A stretch of 64,000 nt of DNA from NCBI GenBank assembly GCA_964199315.1, contig OZ116698.1, forward strand, positions 9,610,001-9,674,000, written 5' to 3'. Positions within the stretch are counted from its first letter, which is position 1. Each line of letters begins with the position of its first letter. Of this stretch, positions 1 to 13,200 are shown piece by piece. Origin of the DNA: Orbicella franksi (Eukaryota). The translations under genes and the position numbers were made by a program. A model generated the notes under the pieces. The model searched no databases, was not told the DNA's origin, and saw only the letters and a list, made by a program, of their open reading frames with translations.

Positions 1-1133
1 CCTCTTTCCTTCTCTAAAGGCCTTGGCGAACGGATTGTTGTCAATTTTCAGTTGAGTCATGCGTGGGTTCTGGTAACTAGTGACCGTGATGAACTGGGTC
101 TCAGGGAAGTTGAACACCCATCTGTCACAATGGCCCATACCCAGTTTAGTTACAACGAGCTTCAGCCGGTACTTTTGCATGGAGCTGACCACCACCTACA
201 ATGAAACACATTCGGGGTCAAATCTGGTAGGAAAAATTAAATAAACTGTTACAGAAATGAGTATTCTTGTCTCCATCGGCGTTCTCTTTTAGATGGGAGC
301 GTGCGAAGAAAAATTCACCCGCGCAAGAGAGCATGGGACAAATTCTCTCTTGCGCGAATTGTTGTCGATTCTTGCGCTACAAAACACGAGAGATAATATG
401 GGCAAGCTGATAAACAATTATGCTACGAAATCCAGCAGAAAATATAGAGGAAAAAACTAACTGAAAAGGATTCCCAAACCGTATCCGGGAATGGTGGCTT
501 AAAAAGTATTTCAATTGATTCATAAAATGCATTTGACAACAAATATACCATACACTCTTTTTTTATATAAGTATACTGTTTTTCTGACCCAAGCTAAATT
601 TTGTTATTTTGTGCCGATTTTAGGCTAAAAATATTCTTATGAGTATTCTTTGATTATATATATATATATATAAATGAAATTTCCGTTTCACTGACTTTGA
701 TGGCTTTGAAGTAACTTTGGAGCCCAGCTGCAAGCAATAAAGCCCGATATGACACACGTAACTTCTTGCAGAAATGTTATTAGAGAGGTTAAGCATGACG
801 TTAACGGCAGACGGCAAACGGCAAAGATAATTTCTGATTATGAGTTCGTTTCTTCTAATCCGTAAATAAAGCACACAAAAATGGAATAACGTCTCTTACT
901 ATTCATTGCAAATATAAATAATTTCACTCTACTGTACACACAGCTGAAGAGAGACGGCAAAAGTTTCATTTTTGCCGTTTGCCGTTTGCCGTAAACGTCA
1001 TGCTTAACCTCGAACGTACGGCTGGTGCTGTTTTTGTTGTTGTTTTTTTTTTTGGTTAGTTTTGCCGCCATTTAGAGAAAGAAATAATTTTCCCGGTTTC
1101 GTTGGTATTGAAAAATTTCTAACACACAAAATG

Positions 1134-1165
<32 letters not shown>

Positions 1166-3013
1166 GTCTTCAAATCATCTTACAAATTCGCGAATGTCAA
1201 CCTCGATATTCTTATAAAATGCAAAAAGAAGAGTGTAACGTTGATTGTACGCGAGTCGCAGATCACTTACGTTATCACTGTTTGGAACGATGTGATTGGA
1301 CAGTTTCAATTTGTCAAACGTTGCTCCTTGCGCCATCCAGTACTGCCCCAAGCTGGCCGAGTTGACATGCAGGTATTTGCTGTGAGTGTGGTCCAACTGA
1401 ATTCCTTTCCCAGCAGAGACCCACCCTTGGTCGGGCTTGTGGCGGTAGCGGTTAGGATCAACGGCGACGACTTCCACTGAACAGCCGTAGTACTGGTCGG
1501 GCTCGAGTCCGGCGAGACAGAAGTCTGGCACAGGGAACATTCGCCTAAAAACGTTTAACATAGAGACATTAGGTAGGAATGAAAAGCAATATGGGTAAAA
1601 TGTAAGAAAAATATTGAAATATTTCACGTCTCGTCTAGCCTGTACGTAAAAATATAATAGGTGAAAAACGCACCCAACAGGCAAAAGAAAGGAGGGAATA
1701 TTGAAAAATCTGGCTGCTTTCAAACAACACCATGAAAATTTGACAACGCAATTTCAATGACCACTATAGATTTCCGAAATGAAATGTTTAGTAATCCTGC
1801 CGCCCATTTTCTCTGGTCTGCTCGAAACTCGAAACAAAAGTATTGAAACTCCACCCAAATGCTTATTAAAAAGCGCACAAACTTGAGACAAACTTGAACA
1901 AGGCTCGGTTGCCCATGCTTCCGGAATTTTAGTTTAGCGACGACGAAAACAACTTAATAACTTATTTTCGCAGACTCTTTGTAAAGTTTTGAATTCCAGA
2001 TAAAGGCATTTGAATGGACCATTATTTGTGTTCTTGTTTACTAGCTGTTTCATCGGACAAAACAATAAAACACTTTTTTTAAGAAGGTTTGTTCACGGCG
2101 AAATTTCATATGCAGGACATGCTTTTTCAAAACTGTGTTTTGCCCAATTACAGCTCTGCGGACCTCCCAGGAGATGTTTGAGTCAAAACGAGCACGACCA
2201 TTGAAAAGAAACTTTTTAAGTAAACAGAAAACTATTTGCATAAATTCTACTTTGTAGGGAAAAAATCCGGAATTGTTTTTTGGCTTTCTGGTTAGCAAAG
2301 GATTTTCAAAAATTTAAAATTCGTTTTAGCTTCCTTTCAAACGTTAAGAGTCATAACTGCTTTCTAAGCTGCGCGTTGCGGTTTTGTAGTTGGTGTAAGA
2401 AGATCAAAAACCAACGAAAACTTATTTTATTCAGTCTCGTATGCAAATAATTGTTGTTTTGCGCTGGAAATTGTTTGTGCAAGGTTAAAATCGAACTTTT
2501 ATCCTCTACAAGGTAAAAATCAGAGTTTGTAATGTCCCAAATAGAGATGGCCAGTCACGGAAACAAAACTGACTTATCCCTCCCAGACCCGTCATGTCAC
2601 CAACAAACAACGAATTCTTTTGGGATGTCATTCTATACCCATTTAGTTTCTACCCTTAAAACGTACAAATTGAACGAGAACACAAACCTCCCAGCCTTAG
2701 TGATAATCATTTCTGTTTCCTCACGATGAAACGTCATCCAGAGTTCCTGATTTCGGAGACGCGCTGAAATCGTTCTGCCCTCGCCCTCCATGGCCGTTCT
2801 GTTGGTTGCCGAGGCTTTCTTCCTTGGGGCCTCGCAACGTCTTTTGGATTTGGAATTCTGATCCTGCGCATCTGGGTTCGGCTTTGAAACTTGGACCCGT
2901 GAAGAATGTGTTTCAGCTACCACAGTTTCGGGGCACGTGTCTGATCGAAGCGTGGATATCGGAATCTCACCATCGGCTTGTTTACAAATAGACTTCGAAA
3001 TCGACTCATCCAT
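1..3013 (-). CDS. T-box transcription factor, divergent; 3' end lies outside the window
   Basis: Phase-consistent GT-AG exons 3013-2688, 1544-1271, 195-1 encode [19 protein letters not shown]|RMFP...FDKLKLSN...N|VVVSSMQKY...[14 protein letters not shown]...[14 protein letters not shown], a complete T-box domain. Subfamily not assignable by eye. Confidence 0.95.
785..1011. mobile_element. MITE-like palindromic element in T-box intron
   Basis: Terminal inverted repeat (TIR) GAGGTTAAGCATGACGTT / AACGTCATGCTTAACCTC with inner ACGGCAA repeats mirrored as TTGCCGT. Confidence 0.8.
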
Positions 3014-4264
3014 TTCTGAAAAGCTGCACAACTAGCGTAAAAAGTCTTCACAGTAAACGATCAAGCTTAGGCCAGGACGTGCAAAGACTGAATCTGGACA
3101 ATGATCACCAAACTTAAATAGCGTGGATCAAGACAATAAAGATGTTTTACTTTAATTGGTTTTTATTTGGACGCGTCCTTTCAAAAAGCAAATATCTCAC
3201 CTTGAATCAACCAATTAGCCAAGAAAGCAATGTCTTTTGTGATGGATTCTCCGTTCAGTCTGTGAATTTCCTTTAGTGCTTTCACCTTAATTCTTTTGTT
3301 TGTAATTTCTTTTTAAAAAGCATCAAAAGCGATTATAATTTACCCCTGATAGTTTAAGCCCGATATACTGTCAAAGCAAATCACTATGATGAAAAAAGCT
3401 CTGGCTAAGTTTGTTGGCTGAGATCTTGAAAGTGTTTAAGCTCGTTTTAACTTGAAACTTCCGATTTCTAAATAATTCCGTTAGGTAATCAAACCGGAAA
3501 CGTGACTGTTTATAAAAAAATATCTGAGTTTGTTCCATTCAGGAGTGATCATGAGAGTGATGAATTTTTAGCATGCTTAACAGTTGGAAGTGATCATTAA
3601 ATACGCTCGTAAAAGCTTGGGCGGTATCCTCTCAAAAGATGTTCAAGTTGGAAGTTAGTAAAATTCTTGATGCAAAAGAAAATTGTTGAAATTGTAAGCG
3701 AGCGACAGTGAATAAACAACAAATTCACCTGAAAAGCGTCCATACAGGAGTTCATCTTAGTGGCAACATTTGACAGATGCGTCAAATTTGAATCTTGTAT
3801 CATTGCCTATTTTCTGAGTGTTCCATTCATTTAAGGTGTTTCTCTGAGATATACTTCTCGAAAGCCTTTTCACATGCTAATTCTTTGAAAAACGATCAAT
3901 TATCCGGCTAATTTTTCGGCAGCCTAACCGTTGCATTGCGGATAGCGAAAAGAACAAACAGCTACATCTCGCGCAGAAATCATTACCCTGAATCTCCGAT
4001 CATACTTCGCGCACGAGTCAACAGTTCATTGCAGTTTTTACTTGCAAGCCGTTTATAATTTACTAAAGGAGTGCAAACACTCAACATAAAAGCTTTTGTC
4101 ACCTATTATGTGTGACATTTGGGTTTGGGCTCCACCCATGGGAAATCAGTCTGTGCACCGCCCATGCAATTCTTATGAGTCATAACTTCCTTTTCACGTA
4201 CTGAAGGTTAATTTAAAACAGCACGGCGTCGCTTTACCTTCTTTCCTATAAAATGTACTAAAAT

Positions 4265-4451
4265 TAGTCTGCGAACAGTCTCTTTTTTGCTCGAAAAAAC
4301 CGTGGGGAAGAACGCAGAGAAGAACGCAACATAACTAAGCAGTCGTGAGCGTGATACGCGAAGCCGCGAGCAGTCACGTACGCTCGCACGCTCACTTGTT
4401 TTGCGTTCTGTCCCACGCTTTTCGAGGAAAAGAGAGACTGCTCGCAGTCTA
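4265..4451. mobile_element. MITE
   Basis: Imperfect TIR TAGTCTGCGAACAGTCTCTT / AAGAGAGACTGCTCGCAGTCTA. Confidence 0.75.
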
Positions 4452-5448
4452 TTCCTAAATCGGCTCTACCTTATTTTTATTTGATAAAAAAGGCGCTCAA
4501 TTTTGACGTTCGTCATTGCAGATCAACTATGATTTTTAGTGAATGGACAATCGTATTGTGATATATTTTTTCGGTATCTAACAACAGCTTCCTTTGTTAG
4601 GACGCTAAACCGGCATCACTTTTTCTGTTTTATTTCATCTGTATTGTTTTCGTTTTAAAATGCTTTTATAAATGGCATGACGCCTTTTCAGGTTTTATAA
4701 CACTAGTGTCGAGTCCAAACATGCGAAGGCCGGGCAAGTGCGAAAAGCGGAAATCGAGTGTTCTGAGCATTTTTAAAACATCGTGTGTTACGGCGTCCGA
4801 ACTGGGTTGTGTTATTCTCTAAATGCACATAAGCAAACAAGGACAAATCCGCCTGCAAATCTCCAAGTTTTGCCAGACAGTTTGACATCGCTTTAGTAAG
4901 ACATCATTTTTCATGTTTAAAAGTCTGAATAAAGTTAACACCGAGAAATCACCTTTTTGGTAATGACAACTGTGCTCAAGAAAGAAACGAGAATTAAACA
5001 GCGGGCGTGTTTTTTAAAAACACGAAAGAGTGAAATGACAAAATGGCACTACGGAAAGAGTCAACGAGGATTACGAGCTAACCACTTTCGCGTCATGTGA
5101 TATTCAGGCTAACCTGAGCGCTATTTAGCCTAAAGGAAGTGCTATTTCGTCAATTAATTGAGAAGCAAGCAATTCAAAAGCTCGCGGCACGACGTACAGA
5201 ATTCAACGAGTTCACTCCCGACTCTCAACTAACCATTCTTAACTGCAATACTAAATTATCGAGAGATCAGCCAACCAGGTTCAGAGACGAGGAATTTGAG
5301 GTTAATTAAAAATAACAGACTGGCCATTCTACATGCTTACAACCTTGGCCTACACGCAATCAGTGCAGGCGCTGAGTAGTGGCAGCGCTCTAAGTCAGCG
5401 TCCACACCACGCCGGGAAAATTAAAAAACGAGAGTTATTTCTATGGTT

Positions 5449-5777
5449 AGGCCGTCCACACTAATCCATCAAGAAAACGGAGCTCTTTCGAAAACGCTCT
5501 TTTCGCTGTTCAAACCGGAGGAATTTGAAAACGTCGGCTTTGCGTTTCCGTGTGGACGGAAAACATTTTCAAAACTGAGCTTTTCGAAAACGATGTAGTC
5601 ATGGTAATCAAGTGATTCTCCTCCTGCCGAAGTTTTTCTTAAAAACATATATCTAAAATGACCGGTGATTGTTGCGTATTTAAATTCCTCCGGCGTAGTG
5701 TGAACGGAAAACTTTTGATGCGTCCACAGAGGAAAACCTCCGTTTTCAAACTCCTCCGGCGCAGTGTGAACGGGGCT
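5449..5777. mobile_element. MITE, AGGCCCCGTCCACAC family, copy 1
   Basis: Ends AGGCC(CC)GTCCACACTA / CAGTGTGAACGGGGCT; internal TTTTCGAAAA and CTCCGGCGTAGTGT motifs shared with the copy at 33020-33288. Confidence 0.7.
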
Positions 5778-6735
5778 CGAGTAGAAGAATTTGAGTTTCT
5801 TTTAACTATATTATAGGAATAACCTGGGTATTTTTTTCTCCTTGCTCATATTTTACATCAACTCTCTACGAAGATCATATTGGAACCCCGATCTTTCAAA
5901 CCTCCATCAGTAAGCAGTTTCTCTCACCTCCCTACTTTTCGAACTAATTTCCGTTTCCCTTGGTGGTTCGAAACATTGAGATTCCACCATAGTACTTAGT
6001 GAAAACCAGCTGTCGCCGTATGAATCTTTGACGAGTTTCATTTTTCTCGTGACGGGTAGTCTGTGTAAATCCGCCCCCTTCCCCGGAAGAAAAGGTCAGG
6101 GAGAGAGGGGAGGGGGCAGATGTACACAAGCTAGCGAGGGGCCACAAAAGCGTTCAGAGAGGGGGAACTATCTGTTTTGATACATAAAGGAAATGGACCA
6201 GCCTGAAAACCACCTGAGGGTGAGGTTGCCTCTTGGTTAAAGATATATTTTTTTATTTTTAAGGAAATCACCCAGTTTTGACATATGAGGGAGTCAAGTT
6301 GATTCATCCGACCAAAAGAATATGTATTTAAAATAACGCCTTAGTGACCTAAAACTACTGCTTTTTGACTCCGTTTCAGAGATTTCGTGCGGTATCACAA
6401 AATAATAACCTATTTGTGTTGTGCATTGAAAATCAACAAAGCACTTTAAACTTCAAACAAATTTGAACTAGTACATGAAGTGATTCAACTCCACCGTGAG
6501 TTGTCAAAAAAACAGGCTATTCCAAAAAATTTAAAAATTGAAATGTAGAAAATCAGTATATGTAGTTTTTGGAAAAACAGTGTTCAAGGAGATTTTGTGT
6601 GCTAAAGATTTTCTGACACTTTGATTGTCAGACTGACAACAAAGTCTTCTTTACAAGACACATATATCTTCAAGTCTAACAGTTTTGCTTCTTTGAAATA
6701 AATACAAAATATAAATGTTTTTTTAAATCAGTCCA

Positions 6736-9700
6736 TTACGCTTTAGCAGCAGCTTTGGTAAGTAGCTGTTGATATTGCTGCTGTAGCTTGGTGAGTATCT
6801 CTTGGCTGGCACCTCGCTTCTTTTCCACATCTTTGATGTTAACATCGTTTCTTTTTCTGAAAAGAACAGAGCTAAGATTAATCTTCTTTGCTGGATTTTG
6901 GGTTGCCATGCAATCTTTCTAGGGACAGGGGTTGTCTGTAATGACCTTGATGTGTATTTAAAGAGAGTTGCATTATGCGATCTTCAGTGTGATCAACATG
7001 TGACAGGAGCAGATCCAGGAATTTGTCAAAGGGGAAATGGCTGGTACCTTGAGGTTGTCAATCCATGGAACATGCTCACAAAATGTTGCATTTTAAGAAT
7101 TGGGACCTAATTGAAAACTGTTACACTGGGAAATTCTGGCAATGCCACAAAGTAAAAATTACAGTGAGGTACCTGTGCAGGGTGTTTGCCTTTTCTGTTA
7201 TATTATTCACAATCGTTTTCTATTTCTTTATTTTTTGCTTAGAACTCTAAAAGGAGGGTGGTTAGCCATCCAATCCACCCTCCCCTCCCTAAATATCCCC
7301 CTCTGTGACTTATCATTACAACATGAAATATATTGACACTCAGACATAACAATTAGTGAAACTATGAACTAAGAGAACTCATCTTCATGGAATTTTATTA
7401 TTGAATTACAAACATAAAAGGAAATGTGTGACAATCAGTCTGAAGGAGAACTGTGACACATCAAAATATTTAGTGAAAGGGAGAGTAAAGAAGGAAGGAA
7501 AATGAGGAAGAGAAGTGTTCAGAATTCTCTCTCTTCCTTACTAATGATACCATCAGGGCTGGAAAAAAAAATTGAAATCCACTTACCTAGTGGGCAAGTA
7601 AATTTCAGTTTTCACTTGCCCCCATATAAATATTACTTGCTGACGTGGTAGCCAGTACGGAAATCAGAGGACAAACAGGAACAAAGTATGCTTGGATTCC
7701 TAACTAATCCATGCTTTCAACCCAATGGTTAACTAATCTTGCAGTCTTAAGTTTTGAAATAGCTTCTGACTGGAAATTATTATTTATCAAGCTGACATTT
7801 TTATTCAGACTCACAAGACCACTGAGGCTAATTTCACTTGCCCACCAGGCCACTGAACTTTTATTTTCACTAGCCCAAGAGCAAAATTTACTTGCCTCAG
7901 GCAGTCGGACCTGCCTGCGTATTTTCCTACCCTGACCATATATGTGTGCCAGCAAGTCACAGTTGGCTTTGGTTTTACAGATTGGATGATAAAGAGGTAT
8001 GAGTTTTTGAAGCTGATCACTTTGCAAAGAAATGCAAAATTAAAGCAAGTGTGAATTATTTTTGACAATCAATTGAAAGGGCTCTAAACACAAGAATAAT
8101 GAATGCTGATAAGTCATTACTCCTTACATTTCTGCAGTGATGTACTCTATTCTTTTTAAAACAGTTTGTTTCGCTTCTTCCAAATCTTGTTTCACTAGAA
8201 CAGGGCCCATGAGTTTATAGACGTTCCCATCAGGTTCTATTACATCAAGTTCCTAAAACACAGAATAAAAGAAGTCATTTTCTTAATCAAGAACTGTAGG
8301 TAAATAGGTCAAGTCTATCTTGGTCCTAAGGGTCCCATACCGCCAGATCTTATACCAGTTTCAGAAGCATTAAGTAAGTAGGAGTATTTCCAATGGTTTC
8401 TGGATGGAATGTTAGTCCATCACAGGGTTTCCACTAGCATCAATAATTTCACAGGTACCCATTTAAATACCTACAATCATGGACAAATGTGTTGTCACAT
8501 TTGAGCAAAACAAATGCTTTCTATCGGCGTCCTTCCGTAATTGAAAAAAACATCTTTTTTGTTGATAACCAAACCCCCCTCTCCCCCTTTTCAATGTTGA
8601 AATATGCTCTGTGGACACTGTCACATGGTTACAACATTGAAAAGGGGAGAGGCGGTTGAAATGTAAAAATTGGAGATGGAAAAACTCTCACGTTCAACGA
8701 AACAGGTTTTCTTTCAGAGAGCGTCTCAACTGTTTTTGTCCATGATTGTAGGTGTAGGTAAACACTGTGAGAGTACATTCTCTTGCCTAGGATCACAGAA
8801 CATGCACTAGTCTAGTCGAGTCATAAGAGAACCTAAGGCATAATTTACAGCATATCACTAGTTCATTTTTTTCAACTCCTGACACAAGCTTGAACAACTG
8901 GTCCAAACTCATAAACCTCAAGTTAATGATGTCAATGACAATAATCAGTTCAAGCTAGTGTTACCTCTTGTACAACTTTATTCTCATTCAGCTGAGCATC
9001 TAACTGCTGTCTTGTACTGACCAATTTTGTCATATCTGAAGAGAAAAGCATGTTATTAAACAAAGTGAAAAAATAATCACTTTTGCTTTGTATTGCATTA
9101 TTTTGCACTGACTTCGAAATATTTTTTCTGCATTTGATCTTCTTTCCCTTAGTAGGCTGGAAAACAAAGTGAAATCTTTTAGAATATTGTTCCCTATGTA
9201 TCAGGAGAACAAAAGTGAAACCCAGCTTTATCTCATATCTCAGTCAATTTTAAACCTGCCCACCTCCACCCCTCCCTCAACCTTCTCTCCTCTCCCTTGC
9301 CACAACATTTCTAAGCACACTTCCGCATTTTTGTGAAGCAGTCAATATTTTGGAATCAGAACATTGTAAATGCCCCAATGTCAATTATCCTTCAGGGGTT
9401 TGGAATGGCTGAGAATTTCCAGCCCGCATTAAGATTAAAATCTAACGTCTTGATCAGTTACTCTCCTACAGTAAAATTAAGTAAAAATTTCTTTTCATTT
9501 GTAAATTTGAACTAAGAATAAAGTCGAGGGACCGTGACAAACTTCACATCCATCAAAATCAACCATGGATATGTTTTAGTTACCCGCCATTTTTGAATCT
9601 ATGTAATTTACGCATGACAGAAGGAAAGAGGATTGTAATCTATGGGTGAAGTGGGAGACTCTGGCAGAGAACTTAAAATGCGACTCAAATCTGTCTGTCA

Positions 9701-9933
9701 ATAAATTAAGTTTATCGTAAAACTGAAAACAGACATTGCCCATGCGAGGAAGTAATAGTTTGTTTCCAGTCTCAGAAAAAATGCTCTCAAAAATGTGTCT
9801 TCGAGGAAACTTCGCAAAAGACCTTAGAGCGGCACATAACGAGCAAATTACCTTTCTGAATGGCTTTAAACTTCTCCAGTTCTGACTGCATTTGCTGCTG
9901 AATTCTCTCGATGTTGGCCGCCATTGCCGCCAT
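6736..9933 (-). CDS. PFDN6: Prefoldin subunit 6, 132 aa
   Basis: Exons 9933-9852, 9035-8965, 8252-8128, 6856-6736, all GT-AG and in phase; protein includes ELEKFKAIQKD...RQQLDAQLNENKVVQEELD...VYKLMGPVLVKQDLEEAKQTVLKRIEYITAEIKR. Confidence 0.97.
7554..7934. mobile_element. Non-autonomous hAT-like transposon with 5-bp TSD
   Basis: Ends CAGGGCTGGAAAA / TTTTCCTACCCTG; ACCAT directly flanks both sides (7549-7553, 7935-7939). Confidence 0.8.
8474..8748. mobile_element. Tc1/mariner-like MITE (TA TSD) inserted into a degenerate SINE
   Basis: TIR CAATCATGGACAAA / TTTGTCCATGATTG flanked by TA; SINE sequence stops at ...catttaaatacc and resumes ggtg...cactgtgagag on the other side (SINE ~8320-8820, minus orientation). 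Confidence 0.75.
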
Positions 9934-10240
9934 CTTTGATTTTGGGTGTAATCCGATTAGGCTTGCAGGCTCAAGTAGAGTTCGAGAGGACTGGGACTGG
10001 GTAGATTTGTCAGTGGAACGCCTGACGGAAATTTGCACGTATTACGCTGAAAACGCGGAAGATGTCCTTGTGAAAAAAGTAACTTGGCAGGACATAATTT
10101 CGGTGACTTTTGGTGATTTCCAAATAGTCCTTCTTTCTCTGAAACACCGAAATCGACGTCGTGCTTTGCAAGACTTTTGTTGTACTAATGAAGCTTATTT
10201 TGTAGGTTGAGTTTATTACTGCTCACCACAAAGTACAGAT
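9934..10240. promoter_or_regulatory. Bidirectional promoter region PFDN6 / SURF1
   Basis: Divergent start codons 307 bp apart; YY1-like AAGATGGCGGC overlaps the PFDN6 start. No transcription data. Confidence 0.65.
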
Positions 10241-13200
10241 ATGGGATTTTTAAGAATCATAAACAGACGCTGTCAAATGCTTGTTTCATCTGGAAGGACC
10301 AAAGGTAATTAAACAATACTGTCTCAGGAGATTAAAGCTAAGTAAGACAACAGGTTCATGTAAAGTCTTGAAGTTGAGACTGTGTCATTTCCCACCGGTA
10401 TTTTAAAATGAAGTTTGTTTGAGGTCAGGGGTGATGCAATTTTTCGTTTTTGTTTTTAAAACCAGATTGATTTAATTAAGAAATACTTCTAACTTGTTTA
10501 CTACTTGACAAAATTATTTTCTTATTGATTACATAACACCATCCAAGACATCCAACTGTACGTTTTCAATTATCTTTCCAATAGTACTTCATCACCTTCT
10601 AAAGTCCTGCTCCATGTCAACAGCAGACACAGCAGTTAAGGAATCCAAAATGCACTATGTTTTGTTGATGATCCCAATATCAACATTTGGCCTTGGAACA
10701 TGGCAGATCAAAAGACTACAGTGGAAGAAAGGCTTGATCAAAGAGCTTGAGTCGAGAACAAATGCCCCAATTCTAGATCTTCCAGAAAAGTAAATTTCTC
10801 AATCATAAGTACTGCTATCTTAGAGCTATTTAAAGAACTCAGTCTTCCTCCTAGGGGTTACAGTGGCGGATCTGGGTGAGGGGCCCCTTATTTTGGGTAA
10901 AAAAAGAAGAAATCACAGAACGAAGAAAAACCGGCAGGGCAAGCAAAACAAAACTGCCTCCCCCCCCCCCCCCCCCCCACCTTCCTTAGCTCAAGGTCAG
11001 GATCGGCCACTGGGTTACTCTCTATAGTGGACGAAATGGAGGGGCTACAGCTAAAAGGAGTCCTTTTATCAGGCTAGAGGTATATCAAAGGGCAGGGTCA
11101 CGAGCTGAAGTATAGAAAGGTATTTAAAAGTACCTGTTAGTTATAACAAGGTGTGATTAAATACTTTTTAAATTAACCATTTGGGGAATTTTACTGTGGT
11201 AGAATTTTTCTGGTGGACCTTTTTTAGGAAGAAAGATTTCTGCAGGACGTTTTTTAGGGTTAGTGAAAGCATACTGTTAAAATGTGAAAGGGGCACAATC
11301 TTCTGTGAATGGTATATGGAAGGGTTACCTTTTGTGTCAGAAATGATATATTGAATGGTAAGGGTTTGGACAACCATCCCCATAAAATGTTTAACTGAGT
11401 ATCCTGCCCATCAAGGTTTTCCATTTAAAATCTGGGAAACAAGAAGACATGGATCAAAATTTGATTTTTCATACTTTTAAATGCTCGAATGATTACAATA
11501 GCAGCTTTATCTTCTGTCTTTGAAAAGCCTAATTAAGGATTCATTTCTTATCAATTATAGCATTGACAAACTGAGATCAAAAGATCTGGAGTATCGACGT
11601 GTCATATTGCGTGGAACATTTGAACATTCAGAGGAATTCCATGTATATCCAAGGTCACTGAATGAAGGTGCACATGGTGGAGGGGGCTTTGGAAGGCAGC
11701 CAAAATCTGGTGGGCATATCATCACACCATTTAAAATCACTGATACAGGGTAAGGTGAAATAACTTAATATTATCCCCTTGTCCAGGAGGAATTATCATT
11801 TTGCTAACTGGATATCTACATTTAACTATCGACTGCAGTGACCATTTATGTGTGTCTTGATTTTCATGTTAACTTTTTCTTAATAGGCAAAGAATCTTTG
11901 TCAACAGAGGATGGGTACCAAAGGATAAAATCAAACCAGAGAAAAGACAAGAGGGACAGGTTAATATTCAAGGATGTATCCATAGTCATAGAATGCTCTC
12001 ATTTTGTCTTAATTTCTAGTAAACTTTCGGCCTAAATCTTCTGAGGAAATAAAGTTCAACAATTATTCCACAAGCATGTGCTAGATATGAGATGACAGAT
12101 TGCCAATGAGGCACATAGAGTTGGCTATAATCATCTCATATTCAACAAGCACAAATGGAATGGGTTTTTTAATTATTAAAAATATCCCCAAATTATAGGA
12201 TTAAACTCCCCCAAAATTGAAACCTCTTGAATTGCATTGTCCAATGACTCAGTTTTTAATAACACCTATTACTAAATTTTTGGTTGATATTTAGTCTTTT
12301 TGTTCTCCATTCGTTTTTAAAACTAATGAGAAGTTTAATGTGAGTAGGAGGTAGAAATAACTGATGATCACAGCAACGCTATCACACTTACTTGAGAAAG
12401 GATCTTTGTACAATGTAAACCAAATCAATTGAGGTGATGTATTTCTCGTGAAATTATACCACTGATGTATCTTTGACATAGCGGAACCCAGGTTTATGAC
12501 CCACATGTACTGTGCTTTGACAACTACATGTCTTTGCAACCAACACTGGTTGTATTAACAGAGTTTTACTGCACTTTTGAATTTGCAGATCGAAGGAGAG
12601 GTAGAGATGGTTGGCTTCATCAGACAAGGAGAAAAGGTTCTTACTGGATCCTAATATCACACTGTGAAAAGACCAATCATATCTAGCACCCCCTCCTCCC
12701 TGGGTTAGGAATTATCTCAACAAAAACTTAACTATTATGAGGCTGAGATTGATGATGATGGTTATGGTGGTGGTGGGGATATTGACAATTATGATTGCTC
12801 TGACCAGTGTCAAATCTGTTATGATTATAGAGGGCCTCCCCTTTTAATAAATTCCATTGTTCCCTTGGCTAAAATATTTTGTTAAAGTTTCCGTTAAAGG
12901 TAGAGATATTCCATGTTCCCTCAGAAATATCCCTTGTTCCCTTTAAACAAATGATCACGTTCCCTTGTTTCCCAAAACGTCTGGGAGGTCCTCATTTTAC
13001 TGGTATTTATATTGAATTTATGGGGATTTATATGTTTTCTTCAGAGACAGCCATTTCAAGGCAAAAATAGACCAGAAAAGAACCACTGGTTTTCAAGGGA
13101 TTTGGATGCTATGGCAGAAGTCACAGGCTGCCTGCCGATTCTAGTAGATGCTGATGCTGGTAAATGCTAATCACCTATTAACCTTATTCATGCTTTCAGT

